NCBI GenBank assembly: GCA_051294375.1
Contig: CM119266.1
Coordinates: 4,456,832 to 4,520,831, forward strand
Length of the DNA: 64,000 nucleotides
Direction: 5' to 3'
From: Paraspadella gotoi
Lineage: Eukaryota; Animalia; Chaetognatha
This document shows positions 40,346 to 54,652 of this stretch, piece by piece; within the stretch, counting starts at the first letter, position 1, and each line of letters begins with the position of its first letter. The notes under the pieces are model-generated. The model was not told the origin of the DNA and searched no databases. It worked only from the letters and a program-made list of their open reading frames with translations. The position numbers were made by a program, and so were the translations under genes.

Positions 40346-40919
40346 ACTCTCTCTCTTCTCTCGTCTCTCTCTCTCTCTCTCTTCTCAATTCTCACACAAT
40401 TAAAAAAAAGTCTTATCCTATCCTGAGCCATCCTCTTTCATTTATGATCTTTTCATTTTATTTTCGTCTTTCTTTCTTCTTTTCTTTTCCACATTTCTCC
40501 AGGCTCCTTCTCAACCCTCTCCTCCTCTCTCCCCCCACCCTCTCCCTCTCTCTCCCCCCCCAAATATTTTAGGCGATTAATCTCTCTCTCTCCTCCGCTG
40601 GCTTAAAGTCAAACGCCGGCTTTTGATGAGTCGAGGCCCGAAATCCCGAGCGCCGCTTAAACTGTTTTTCGAGGTGCGCACGTGATGGTAGGGACGCCGC
40701 AGGGGGTTGGCGGGTTGGGGTAGTTTAGTGGGGGGGGGGGTTGTGGAGAAAGGGTGGTTTTGATGTTTGGGTGAGAGGAAAAGTCATGTGACTGATGGGT
40801 GTTGAAGGAGTGAGGTTTTAGAGCTCTCTTTTCCTGAGAGCGCCCCATTTCTGTTTGTTTTTCCCAAAATTATTAATATCACAATCTAACTTAAGTTAAA
40901 TATATTCCTAAACTTATAA

Positions 40920-41220
40920 CCAATCCTAACTAATCTTTGACCTTAATCCATAACTAATACTTAACCCTCACTTTAAGCCTAAGCCTAAAACCTCACCCTA
41001 TAGCCCTTGTAAATAAAAATAATCCTAACCCTTAACGAAAAAAACTAATCTTAACCCAAATCTTTAAACCTAATTATAAACCAAGTTTCTAACCTTAATC
41101 ACCTAATCTAATCCATAACTAATACCTAATCTAATCCCTAATCTAATCCCTAACCTTAATCACCTACTTAATCTCTAATCTAATCCAAACCATAACTTTA
41201 ACCTAATCTTTAACTAAAAA
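40920..41220 (+). repeat. Degenerate telomere-like hexamer tract (CCTAAY/CTTAAC)n; mirrored at ~63335-63640
   Basis: Units such as cctaac, cctaat, cttaac and ctaatc recur with 5-6 bp periodicity. There is no perfect (TTAGGG)n or (TTAGG)n array. Confidence 0.75.
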
Positions 41221-41632
41221 TATAAATATTTCCGAATTTGAGAATAAATTTGGGGCATTTTTGGGAAAGAAAGACCAAAAAGGGGGCGTTTGGAAAATAT
41301 GGCGGTTTGGGAGTGACCGTTTAAGGGCAGGAGGCAGTATGTTGTTTTGAGTGTGTTTCAACTGTGTGTTAAAAGAAGAGGAGAGAGCTGGATGTGATTG
41401 ATGCGGGGCTGTGGGATCGAGGGCGTGACAAAAGTGGTATTAGTGATAGAAGTCATAAAAACAATAGAAGTCATAGAGCGAAAGTCGCGACATGTGAAGA
41501 CAAATGTGATTTTGGTGCCAAGAAAAAAAAGTTGGAGAGAATATTTTCGAGTCGAGTGGATTTTGATAATAAATGTTGAGGACGAGGAAACGTAAAAAGA
41601 TTTATTGAAAAATAAATCTAAATCTTAGATTT

Positions 41633-41689
<57 letters not shown>

Positions 41690-41691
41690 AG

Positions 41692-41750
<59 letters not shown>

Positions 41751-42811
41751 CTAGCCGGCAGGGTGAGGCAGGAAGGTCGGCAAGATGATCAGTCGATGAT
41801 CGGGCGGCGTTCTTTCTCCTAACGGCGCTCCTTCACCGGCGCTCTTATTTTCCTCTTCCGCGGCTTCAGTCGCCTAAATCTCGATTCTCCTGATTATCGA
41901 CTCTCGATGCGAAGCGATAATCGGCGCGTTAGGCCGCAATGAGCGCCGATGGCGTCGTGCGGCGTCGGGTGGCGGCGTGAAACTGCGCCCGTGTCGGTGA
42001 CAACGCCGCTTCCGCCGCCGCCACCGCCGCTGCCCCGCGTCAGCCGACGTCTCGGAAATCTTTTGACTCGATCCTTTTTTTGTCGTCAAAAAGCGGTCGC
42101 ACAGTAGATTTTGGAGGAGCGATGTGGTCGTTGAGGCCACAGGTGTGATTTTTCTATTTTTTCCGTGTGATATTTCGATTAGTAAATATCAATACTTGAA
42201 TAACTTTATATGTTGTAAATATAAAGTAAAATTTCGATTTTAAAATTGTTCTTCTACTTTTAGGCATTATATTTATTATTAGTTAATTTCTTATTAACTT
42301 AATCTTTAAAAGAGCAAGAACAAACGAGTCTACCACAAATTTTTAAAATTTTAAATTTTTAAAAAATAAAGAAAAAAAAAGTTGCCGATAAAAGTCGAGG
42401 GTCGATGTCATTTAGTTGAGATGACGAAGACGACGAAACGATGACATAGAGATGACAAGACGAAAGACGACGAAAACGCATGACGATAGAGATGAAACGA
42501 CGAAATAGTCTATGTTATTTTTCTACCGAAGAAAATAAACTTTATCTCCCATGTAAAAAGTCGACCCCATTTTGAAAAATCGTCGTCTCGCTCTCTCACC
42601 TTGCGTTTTCTCTCCTCCCCATCTGCACTCCCACAGTCGCAAATCTCATTGTCTCACTCCTCTATTCCCTCTCGATCTCAACAGTCACCTCTCTCTCTCT
42701 TCGTCTCATCTCGCTCTCCCCTCCGTTCTCGTATTCTTCCCAATCACGTTAAATGTTTCCTCTCGTTCCATCCACTTTTTTTCGATCTCTCGCCATCGCG
42801 TCGCTTCATTT

Positions 42812-42847
<36 letters not shown>

Positions 42848-42848
42848 T

Positions 42849-42884
<36 letters not shown>

Positions 42885-45800
42885 TCTCTCGTCTCGTTTC
42901 TCTCCTCTCTTTTCCCCCCTCGGCATCATCGGCTCGATAAACTCGTGCACCGAACGCCTTCCGTATCCGCCACCTGATGACTCTGACCAACGGAGAGGCG
43001 GATCCGACACCTGATGTCCGGTAAAGAGAAGACAAACGCTCTCTTTGTCGATATCTGTAATAGACAAGTTTTCTTGCAATCGTTGTAACATAGACGTATT
43101 ACCTATAATGTTTCTTATTTTAAAAACAATTTTCACGATATTCACACAAATTATAGAGGAGAAATAACAATATTAAACAAATATTATTTATGAGTTTTGA
43201 CGCCCTGCGAATGATAATATGCAATGAGGCTTCGAACGAGGCTCGTATCCCAAACATACATGCGGCTAAACACCTGAAGTTAAAGGTCTCATTTAAAACA
43301 TCCGGAACTTAACGATGGTAACACTTTTATAAACTTAAAACATTACTCTTGCCTAAAAAACGAAAAAGGTTTTAAAGTTAAAACAATATAACACCGAATT
43401 TCTTCCTTTCTATCCCATCTTGAAACACATCGGGGACCCTTTCCTCGTCCCCCCCCACCCCCCCTTCGATTTTCAGTTTCCAAAGTTCTTTCAATGCCCA
43501 GGAATTGACGGCGCATAAGAAGAAAACGGCAGATGCACCCGACGCGGGTTGATCGTCGTCCGTCGTCGTCGTCGTCGTCGGGCCTCGCCTCTTTCTCCCT
43601 CTTTGCAACCATAGCCTCGGCACCATGGATCAGCTCGTGGCTGGTGAAACTCGAGACCATATCTGCGCCATAATCGGTTTCCTGATGGTCGAACGTTATT
43701 GTTGTCATCAAACGGGATGGTCATCGTTTTGTTTCTTCGTCGTCATCGTCGTCGTCATCGTCGTCGTTGTCGTCCTCGTCTCATTGATCGGTCGATTTGT
43801 AATCACTCTCCTTTCTTTCTTTTAAAACAATTTACTACTAACTAAATAAAACTAATTAGTTGTCAGTTTTCTCTGCATACAATATATTCCCTTATTTGGT
43901 TTTGTTTAAAAACTAAAACTGTAAGACAAAGAGGCTAAACTCTTCAAATTATTCTTTTATCTCTTTCTGCCATCAACAACGACCCGACCATGTTGCCTGA
44001 ACCCGTTGTCTACAGTTCACTGCATCGCCATTGTTGCTTTTTTGTCGCGACTACCAATGTTCTCTCCTCTTCTGCTTTTGCTCTACCCATGCCCAATGCA
44101 TTCCAATGAATTGTTTCTGTTGGTTGTTTTTTTCCCCTTGTTCTTTAGTATCCTTTTGTCTTCTCTCACCTTGTCCTTCAACACTTGTCTTTGGTTTCTC
44201 TCCCTTGGTCGTCTCTTTATTGTTATAGTCCGCTTAGGTCCCTACTTCCCTCTCTCTCTCCTCTCTTCTTTCTCTCTCCTCTCTTCTCCTCTCTCTCTCT
44301 CTCGTCTCCTCTGCGTCTTTCTGCTCTATCTCTCATCTAGTCTAATCTTTCATAGCATCTTCCTCTATCTTCCTGCTCTCTCTCTCTCTGTCTCCCTCTT
44401 CGTTATCCTATGTTTACAAATGCTGCCGCTAACTACTAGAGCTGATAAGCAGGGACGACTTCACTCTGAGGCGATAGCTTGTTCCTACCTGCGAGCGAGA
44501 GAAGTGAGGAGGATGCCAGAGGAGGATGAGGAGAGGAGGAGAGGTAAAGAAAAAAGAACGAGAGCAGAGAATGAAAAATAAAAATGGGAAAAAGGGAAGA
44601 AGAGAGAATGGAAGACATGGTCAGTACCGTCGATTAAAATATTCTCGTCAGTAGATCAATAGAATGATGACAATCGTGATGACACTGAGAGATAAACGAT
44701 ATGTAACGCTGAAAGTGACCGTTGCCTCCAACTGTACATAATGTCATGGTCAAAATGTCAATGTCAAGAGAAAAGAGAAACAAGCACACAACGCCCAGTG
44801 ACGCGATGCCATCCACGCAAGCGAAAACCAGAATCTTTGATCGACATCAATGAACAAAAAAAAAATTCAGTCGAACGTCTCGCTGAAGACGCACGATCGA
44901 GGAGCGACACTGATGACCAGAAAGAAGGTCTCTCCGTCTATATTTGACAAGAGAGAACATTTGCGCCACAACACAACGAGGCGATTCCTTCCGTCGATTT
45001 GCCTCAGAGAACTAAAAATCGAGTAAATAGAGTTAAGGGCGACGAAGCGCTGTCAGTAGAGAGACGTGGGTGGAATGTTAAACTGTGTCGTCTTGTTTGT
45101 GATTGTCGGGTAGTGGTAAGTCGGGTAAGTCGCGTGGGGGAGAGAAGAGGGCAGGGTGGGTGGTGACGGATGAGGAGAGAGGGGATGAGAGATGAGAGGG
45201 AGAGAGGGATACGTAAGCAAGAATTGGCTGGAATTATAAATTTATGCTGTTTTATGATTTATAATCTTAATATATTTAAATTTACTATTCATAAAAATTG
45301 AATCAATCGATAGAGATCAAGCCCATCCCAATACTCAATAACCTATGAATCCATGCAATCACTAAATACCAGAGATTTAAATTACTTTTTGTTCATTGTG
45401 ATTAAACTAGTTTGAACTTAATGGATTTGCGGTTTCTTAATTTAAACTAACTCCTAAATTGCTGATTTTATCTAAAACAACTCACGTGTTTCTCTCTCTT
45501 CTTCTCTACTCTGCTCTCTCATTCTTCTCTTCTCTCTTCTCTTTCTACATCCTTCATCTCTCTTTCTTCCTCTCTTCTCCTTCGTCTCACTCCTCCACTC
45601 GTCTCTCTCTCTCTCAGTCCTCTCTCTCTTCTCTCGTCTCTGCTTTTCTCTCCTTTTCTCTCTATCGCTAATGAGTTCGGACAAACAGCTTCTTCCTTCC
45701 TCGTTGCGAAAAAAAAGAAAAAAAGAGAAAAGAAAGAAGAAAGAAAGAAAGAAAAGAAAAAGAAAAGAAAAGAAAAGAAAAGAAAAAACAACACAAAAAA

Positions 45801-45971
45801 GAAAAGAAAAGACAAGAAAAAGATAAGAGACAAAAAAGAAAAGACAAGAAAAGACAAAAGAAAAGAAGAAAGAAAAAGAAAAGAAAGCCCAAGCCTCGAC
45901 GACTTTTTTGTGAGACTCACTTTTTTTTCTCTTTTTGGTCACAAGGAGTCGATGATGAGAGGGGTGAGCGT

Positions 45972-46015
45972 TCTGATTGGTCAAACTATCAGAGATCAGG
46001 TCTCTGATTGGTCAA
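45972..46015 (-). promoter_or_regulatory. Tandem CCAAT (NF-Y-type) boxes, 31 bp apart
   Basis: TTGACCAATCAGA occurs twice on the minus strand (45972-45984, 46003-46015). Both boxes and the 31-bp spacing are retained in the mirror copy (58311, 58342). Confidence 0.45.
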
Positions 46016-46365
46016 CAGCTCCGAAGATTGACTCCCAGCTGATGTGATGACTTTCGAATGTTGAATGTGAATTTGAGAGAAAAAAGAAAAGAGATTTTAT
46101 GGTGAAGCTTATAAATTGAAAGATGTGATGTTATGCAAGTTGACAACAACCAATGTCTTTAAAAGTTCAGTGGAAAATGACCAATTGACTTCAAAAAGGG
46201 AAAAAGGGAAAGTAAGTTCTCTCTCTCTCTTTCTCTCTCTCCCTCTCATCTCTCTCTCTTCTCTCTCTCTATCCTTCGTTTCTCACTCTCTCTTAATCTC
46301 TTCCATACTTAACGCCTCACCTGTTCCAGCATAACTACCGCACCCAAATCTCTCTTCTCTCTCTC

Positions 46366-46421
<56 letters not shown>

Positions 46422-47943
46422 CTCTCTCTCTCCTTCCCTCTCTCTCGTGATCAAAACATGTCCTGGAATCTTTCTCCGTTTCTTTTCTTCACGCTCACAT
46501 TTTGCTGGTTCTCATCCGTCGATCGGTCGTCGTCACGCGTCGTCAGATCATTTTCATTCTCACTGCGGATTTTCACTCAAAACCAGAGATCATCACCTGA
46601 TGTGGTTCGTCGTCGGTCAACCTTCGTTCGTCATGCATCGTCATTGCCTGTAATCGTCATTGTAATCATCATTATCCATTGCGGTACCTCATAATTTGTC
46701 ATCATCATCTTAAAATGATAAAAAAAATTGCCTCATCATCTATATGTCATCTTCATAATTATCAAATCGGGATAATTTTCATAGAATCTTCAAAATAGAT
46801 TAACACATCAAAATTGTCAGCAAATTCGTCTTTATCATTAATATCAAAGTTATTCATAAATAGTAATCATCGCCACGTTGTTTCTTCTTGTTCAGATTAT
46901 CATAATTTTTAACATAACTAACATTATAAGACTCACACCCTTAATAAATAAAATTGAATGGAAGTTCTTTTCAATCGATTTATGGTAATTTCTTGTAGTA
47001 GAGCTTTAAAAGCTCGTTCAATATAGCTATTTAAAGGATTCCGTTTTTGGTTCTACAATATGCAACCATATTAACACACTTTAATAAAGGCTTGACCTAA
47101 GTCTGTTGACAGTCAAAGTAAATCTAAAAAAAAATTAAATGTTATCTTTCTCAGAGCAAAAACGACTCCTTTACGATCAATTGTTTAAAAACAATAAAAA
47201 CTATTAAGTCTTAAATAGTTTGTTTTGATTATAAAAATACGTTTATCTAAATTTTCTCACAACTTTTGCACTACAAACTATCAATAGAGAATAGTGTTTT
47301 TTTGAAATGAAATCGATTTCCAAATACTGCTATATGCAAATAAGATTATGCGTCACCTCGCAAGTATGGTTAAAGTTTACTACTGTCTGAATTTATAGTT
47401 TTATTTGATAAGCGGTTATTAATTGCTTTTTATCACGAATAAATAAGGACTAACGGTAGGGCAGAGAGGATGTGAAAGAAACAAAAAAAGTGCCCTAATG
47501 AAAAATATAAAATCTTAAAGTATACCCATGAGACACTTAATGTGGTAGGTCAGTAAAATTCGATAAAGCAGGATTTTTTTTTTAAATGCTAATTAAAGTT
47601 TTTGAAAAGGAAAACTAAAAAAAAAAAACAAGAATAACGTAAAAATGAACGAAAAAACAACAGAAAATGTCGTTCATTTATATTAAACACATCTTATCAA
47701 CAAAAACAAAAGAAAACAAAAGAACGTTTCCATTCAAGAAAAAAAAAAAACGAGGTCGATCGCTTCTCGAAATTCTAAAAAAAAGGTCGCGACGTCTCTG
47801 TCTCCATCAACTGCGACCACACTCCGCTATCGGAGTCCCACTCTTTCCCTTCCCCCAGCACTCCCTTCAACCCACTCCCCACCCACCCAGCCACCCCACA
47901 ATCCAAGCGGCCTACCCAAAAAGGGGTCAACCTCCGCCGCGGT

Positions 47944-47950
47944 TTTTATA
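47944..47950 (-). promoter_or_regulatory. Candidate TATA box in a GC-rich context
   Basis: The minus strand reads gtgcagtTATAAAAaccgcggcgg, between G-rich and C-rich tracts. There is no transcript evidence. Confidence 0.2.
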
Positions 47951-50900
47951 ACTGCACAGGACGTTTGTTCTGGTTTATCGACGACGAAGAGAGGGGGGGG
48001 GAGCGGGGGGGGAGGGGGGAAGGGGGGGAGGGGGATAGTTGGTGGAGGTGGGCGATTTAGGGGGTTGGCTGAAAGTGGGGGTTGATTAATAGAGAGATTT
48101 AGGTAGAGATCTTATGGTGAAAAAATGGAGAATATTTGCTTTTACTATTTACCTATGTACTATATACATTTTATATAGATGAACAGTAAAAGCTTTATAC
48201 ATATGTGTGTGTATAAATATTTCTCTCTCTGATCTCTCTCTCTTTCTCATATAAGAGAAAGTGTCTACGCTCCATTTCTGTCCACGAAAAGCTTAAAGCC
48301 TTTTCAATTTTATTAAGCCAATAGTTGAAGTAGATTTTATTACTCGATAGTTAATAAATTTTAGAATAAGAATTAGTTCAATTATTCTAAAAGAACTTTG
48401 GTCGTAAGCGTATGAAAGTATTAGAATTAGCAACAGTGAGTGCATCAATAATGATAGAGAGATAACTATTCCTAACCGATTTTTTAAAATCAGAATGACC
48501 CTAAGAATTAAATGAGACACTCGAAAGTAGAATTTTTACAGTTAGAAATCAATTGTTTTAAAAAGCCATTTCGTAAACACTGCCATATAGTATATAAATA
48601 TTTCTATCTCTAGNNNNNNNNNNNNNNNNNNNNNNNNNTTTTAAAAATCGGTTAGGAATAGTTATCTCTCTATCATTATTATTATCATCTCACTGTTGCT
48701 AATTCTAATACTTCAAAATACGCTACGACCAAAGTTCTTTTAGAATAATTGAACTAATTCTTATTCTAATAATAATTAACTATCGAGTAATAAAATCTAC
48801 TTCAACTATTGGCTTAATAAAATTGAAAAGGTTTAAGCTTTTCGTGGACAGAAATGGAGCGTAGACACTTTCGTCTTATATGAGAAAGAGAGAGAGATCG
48901 AGAGAGAAATATTTATACACACACATATGTATAAAGCTTTTACTGTTCATCTATATAAAATGTATATAGTACATAGGTAAATAGTAAAAGCAAATATTCT
49001 CCCATTTTTTCACCATAAGATCTCTACCTAAATCTCGTCTATTACATCAACCCCACTTTCAGCCAACCCCTAAATCGCCCACCCTCCTCCAACTATCCCC
49101 CTCCCCCCCTCCCCCCTCCCCCCCCGCGCCCCCCCCCCCTCTTCGTCGTCGATAAACCAGAACAAACGTCCTGTGCAGTTATAAAAACCGCGGCGAGGTT
49201 GACCCCTTTTTTGGGGGGCCGGTTGGGTTGGGGGTGGCTGGGTGGGTGAATGGGGGTTGAAGGGGGCTGGGGGAAGGGAAGAGTGGGACTCCGATAGAGG
49301 AGTGAGTCGCAGTTGATGGAGACAGAGACGTCGCGACCTTTTTTTTAGAATTCGAGAAGCGATCGACCCTCGGTTTTTTTCTTTTTCTTGAATGGGAAAC
49401 GTTCTTTTGTTTTCTTGTTTTTGTTGATTAAGATGTGTTTAATATAAATGAACGACATTTTCTTTTGTTTTTTCGTTCATTTTTACGTTATTCTTGTTTT
49501 TTTTTTTTAGTTTTCCTTTTCAAAAAACTTTAATTAGCATTTAAAAAAAAAATCCTGCTTATTCGAATTTTACTGACCTACCAATTAAGTGTCTCATGGG
49601 TATACTTTAAGATTTTATATTTTTCATTAGGGCACTTTTTTTGTTCTTCACATCCTCTCTGCCCTACCGTGAGTCATTATTTATTCGTGATAAAAAGCAA
49701 TTAATTAACCGCTTAATCAATAAAACTATAAAATCAGACAGTAGTAAACTTAACCATACTTGAGAGGTGACGCAATATATCTTATTTGCATTTAACAGTA
49801 TGTTGAAATCGATTCATTTCAAAAAAACACTATTTCTCTATTGATAGTTTGTAGTGCAAAATTGTGAGAAAATTTAGGATAAACGTATTTTTATAATCAA
49901 AACAAACTATTAAGACTTAATAGTTTTATTGTTTTTTAAACAATTGATCGTAAAGGAGTCGTTTTGCTCTGAGAAAAGATAACATTTAATTTTTTTTTAG
50001 ATTTACTTTGACCGTCAACAGACTTAGTCAAGCCTTTATTAAAGTGTGTTAATATGGTGCATATTGAGAACCAAAAACGGAATCCTTTAATAGCTTATAT
50101 TGAACGAGCTTTTTAAACTCTACTACAAGAATTACCATAAATCGATTGAAAAGAACTCTTCAATTCTATTCTTATTAAAGGGTGTGAAGTCTTTATATTT
50201 TATTTATTAAAATTATGATAATACTAAGAAGAGAACAAGGGCGTGGCGATGATTACTATTTATGAAAACTTTAGTATTATGATAAAGACGAATTTGCTGA
50301 GCGAATGTGAGTGTTATGAAGTATTAAGGATGTCTGAATGAGAGAGAGTGTATCGCCGAGTGGTGGAAATATATAAATATATCTCACTGCGTCGCCTATT
50401 AATAGTGATTTGCTCGTTNNNNNNNNNNNNNNNNNNNNNNNNNAAGGGAGAGAGAGAAGAGAGAAAGAGTATTAGAGCCAAGCAGTTCTTAAACGTACAT
50501 GGGAAAGGAATATTTGAATATCCATGCAATGGGAAATGATGCGAGACAAAACGTTTTAATTTGGACGAGACAGTAGGAGAATTCCTTTTATAAGATAAAA
50601 TAAACAAAAACCAATAACACAAAAGAAGAAATGAGCAGGATGTTGGGAAAGTTTGTCACAGCGGTAAGTTAAGATATTAACTTCACGAAAAGCTTAAATA
50701 AGTCTGTTTAAGTCGAGACGATATTTCTTAAAGGACATTTTGATATATTCAAGCTTTTACAAAATATATCAACTCATGCGAGTTGAGCTTGATTGTGATT
50801 GATTCACTCGTGTCAGTCGGAAATAACATGAAATAAGTTTTTAAGACTTTTTCAAAATATTTCTTGCTTTTACTCGAGTATAATAAGGAACAAATTCCGA

Positions 50901-53258
50901 ATTATAAATCTAATTAAAATAATGGTTTCCGCTGTGTTTTTTATTTGGAAATTAAGAGGGAAAAATCAAAGATGAATTCAATACTGCGTTTATTACTCAA
51001 AAACTTTTTTATCTTCCAACTCCTGCAATATTAAGAAAAAATAATAGGTGGAGTAAGTGTGTGCTGGATGTGTGTGAGAGAGGAAGGACAGAGAGAGGAA
51101 GACAGGATAATATATGATAATATATATATAAATATAATATATATATATATTATATATTATAATATATATAAGTATATAATATATTTATATCTAGAAAAAT
51201 ATTTATATACTTATGGAGGTAGAAATGGCTTTTTAAAACAATTGATTTCTAACTGTAAAAATTACTACTTTCGATCTCATTTAATTCTTAGGGTCATTCT
51301 TGATTTAAAATCGGTTAGGAATAGTTTATTCTCTATTCTGATATATCACTCATGTTGCTAATTCTAATACTCAAATGACGCTTACGACCAAAGTCTTTTT
51401 AGAATAATTGAACTAATTCTTTTCTAATAATTAATTAACTATCGAGTAATAAAATCTACTTCAACTATTGGCTTAATAAATTGAAAAGGTTTAAGCTTCG
51501 TGGACAGAAATGGAGCGTAGACACTTTCGTCTTATTATAGAGAAAGAGAGAGAGATCGAGAGAGAGAATATTTATACACACACATATGTATAAAGCTTTT
51601 ACTGTTCATCTATATAAAATGTATATAGTACATAGGTAAAAGTAAAAGCAAATATTCTCCATTTTTTCACCATAAGATCTCTACCTAAATCTCTCTATTA
51701 CATCAACCCCACTTTTCAGCCAACCCCCTAAATCGCCCACCCTCCCTCCAACTATCCCCCTCCCCCCCTCCCCCCTCCCCCCGCTCCGCCCCGCTCCCCC
51801 CCGTCTTCGTCGTCGATAAACCAGAACAAACGCTGTGCAGTTATAAAAACCGCGGCGGAGGTTGACCCCTTTTTTGGGGGGGCCGGTTGGGTTGGGGGGC
51901 TGGGTGGGTGAATGGGGGTTGAAGGGTGGCTGGGGGAAGGAAGAGTGGGACTCCGATGTAGAGTGAGTCGCAGTTGATGGAGACAGAGACGTCGCGACCT
52001 TTTTTTTTAGAATTCGAGAAGCGATCGACCCTCGTTTTTTTTTCTTTTCTTGAATGGGAAACGTTCTTTTTTGTTTTTCTTGTTTGTTAGTTAAGATTGT
52101 GTTTAATATAAATGAACGACATTTTCTGTCTTGTTTTTCGTCATTTTTACGTTTTCTTGTTTTTTTTTTTTTTAGTTTTCCTTATTCAAAAACTTTAATT
52201 AGCATTTAAAAAAAAATCCTGCTTTATCGAATTTTACTGACCTACCACATTAAGTGTCTCATGGGTATACTTTAAGATTTTTATAGTTTCAATATTGGCA
52301 CTTTTTTTCTGTTCTTTCACATCCTCTCTGCCCTACCGTGAGTCATTATTCATTCGTGATAAAAAGCAATTAATTAACCGCTTAATCGAATAAAACTATA
52401 AAATCAGACAGTAGTAAACTTAACCATATTTGAGAGGTGACGCAATAATCTTATTTGCATATAGCAGTAATGTGAAATCGATTCAATTTCATAAAAACAC
52501 TTTTCTCTATTGATAGTTCGTAGTGCAAAAGTTGTGAGAAAATTTAGGATAAACGTATTTTTATAATCAAAACAAACTATTTAAGACTTAATAGTTTTTA
52601 TTGTTTTTAAACAATTGATCGTAAAGGAGTCGTTTTTTCTCTGAGAAAGATAACATTTAATTTTTTTTTAAGATTTACTTTGACGTCAACAGACTTAGGT
52701 CAAGCCTTTATTAAAGTGTGTTAATATGGTGCATATTGTAGAACCAAAAACGAAATCCTTTAAATAGCTATATTTGAACGAGCTTTTTAAAGCTCTACTA
52801 CAAGAAATTACCATAAATCGATTGAAAAGAACTTCCATTCAATTCTATTCTATTAAAGGGGTGTGAGTCTTTATAATGTTAGTTTATTTAAAAATTATGA
52901 TAATCTAAAACAAGAAGAAACAACGTGGCGATGATTACTATTTATGAAAACTTTGATATTAATGATAAAGACGAATTTGCTGACAATTTTGATGTTTATG
53001 AATATTTGGAAGATTCTGATGAAAATTATCCCGATTTTGATAATTATGAAGATGACATATAAGATGAAGCTGATGATAGCAATTTTTTTTATCATTTAAG
53101 ATGATGATGACAAATTATGAGGTGACCGCAATGATAATGATGATTACAATGACGATTACGACAATGACGATGATGACGAACGAAGGTTGACTCCGACGAC
53201 GAACCACATCAGGTGATGATCTCTGGTTTTGAGTGAAAATCCGCGTGAGAATGAAAAA

Positions 53259-53293
<35 letters not shown>

Positions 53294-54612
53294 NNNNNNN
53301 NNNNNNNNNNNNNNNNNNCGACGACCGCGATGAAGAACCAGCAAATGGAGCGTGAAGAAAGAAGGAAACGGAGAAGAAAATTCAGGAACATGTTTGATCA
53401 CCGAAAGAGAGAGGGAGAGAGAGGAGAGAAGAGAGAGAAGGAGGGAGAGAGGTATTGATAGAGTTGATGTGGTGATATGAGTCGGGAGGGATGTGGAGAA
53501 GAGAATAGAGGGAGAGAGTGAGAGAGATGAGACGAGAAATGAGAAGAGAGAGAGAGACGCGGAGAGGAGGTGGATGGCTAGGTAGTTTATCAGTGGAGAA
53601 GGTGAGGGGAAGTTGGGGGAAGATAGAGAGAAGTGAGAGAAGAACTAGACGGAGAGAGGAGAGAGGAAAGAGATGCTGGAGAGAGAGATTGAGACGACGA
53701 GAGAGAGATGAGAGAGGAGCAGGAGCGAGGAGAGAGAGAGGAAAGAGAGGAGAGAATTTACTTTGTCCCTTGATGTGTCCGCTATATTTTCGCGGTCGAT
53801 AGAATGGTGATCTAATTAGGGTAATATTCCAATCCCGCTAACTGAACCTTTTAAAGACCATGGTTGGTTGTCACTTGTCAAACATCACAACTCTTCGTTA
53901 TAACTCTTTCACCATAGATAATCTCTTTGCTACAAATTCTCAAACGTTCACATACAAACTTCAGCGATAATCATACCCATCACTGGTGAGATGAGGTCAA
54001 AGATCATCGGAGGCTGTGGTGTGGCCCAAATCAAGAACTGACTCCTACTGAATAGATTGACCAAAAAATCAGGCACAACGCACTACACAACCCTCTCATA
54101 AATCAATCGAACTCCTGTACCCACAAATAACAGGAGAAAAAAAAAGTGCAAACAGCAAACTCCTCCACAAAAAAAGTTCGGGTCGGACGGGCTTGGCTGT
54201 TTCTTTTCCTTTTCTTGGTCTATATGCTCATCGTCTTTCTTTTTTTCCTTCTATCCGCTCTTGTAATACCACCTTCATTGTACTTTCCTTCTCGACTCGT
54301 CCTGTTTATTTTTCGTCCTCGTCTGTTCTTCATTTCGCCTTTTTCTGTTCTTTTCGTGTGACTTTAATTTGATAACTCTTTGATATACGACTCGATTCGG
54401 ATGTGAATAGCCAACGGACGGAAGGGAGTAGAAAGGAAAGGCTGGGTCCGGACAACGTCAAGAAGATTTAGAGCCACGGGGACAGATACGGGGAAGTAGG
54501 AAAATAAAAGACTAAAAAGAAGAATTCGGTCGTTCTCTTGTTCGAGGTTAACCCTTTGATGTAAAGAACTTTATTGTTCTCTCTGCGGTACTGCATCTCT
54601 TCTCTCCTCCCT

Positions 54613-54652
<40 letters not shown>

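Larger units (their letters stand above)
40555..48613 (+). repeat. Arm 1 of a large inverted duplication (mirrored piecewise in 48639-64000)
   Basis: Reverse-complement matches: 62903-64000~40555-41640; 61670-62687~41825-42850; 59958-60711~43330-44115; 58770-59396~44755-45450; 58105-58510~45810-46210; 51200-53400~46445-48613; 48639-50300~46815-48487. Confidence 0.92.

Noticed and set aside
40606-40646. Hammerhead-like GTC...TGATGA...GAAA
   Set aside because: The invariant C3 is replaced by T, and stems II and III pair poorly.
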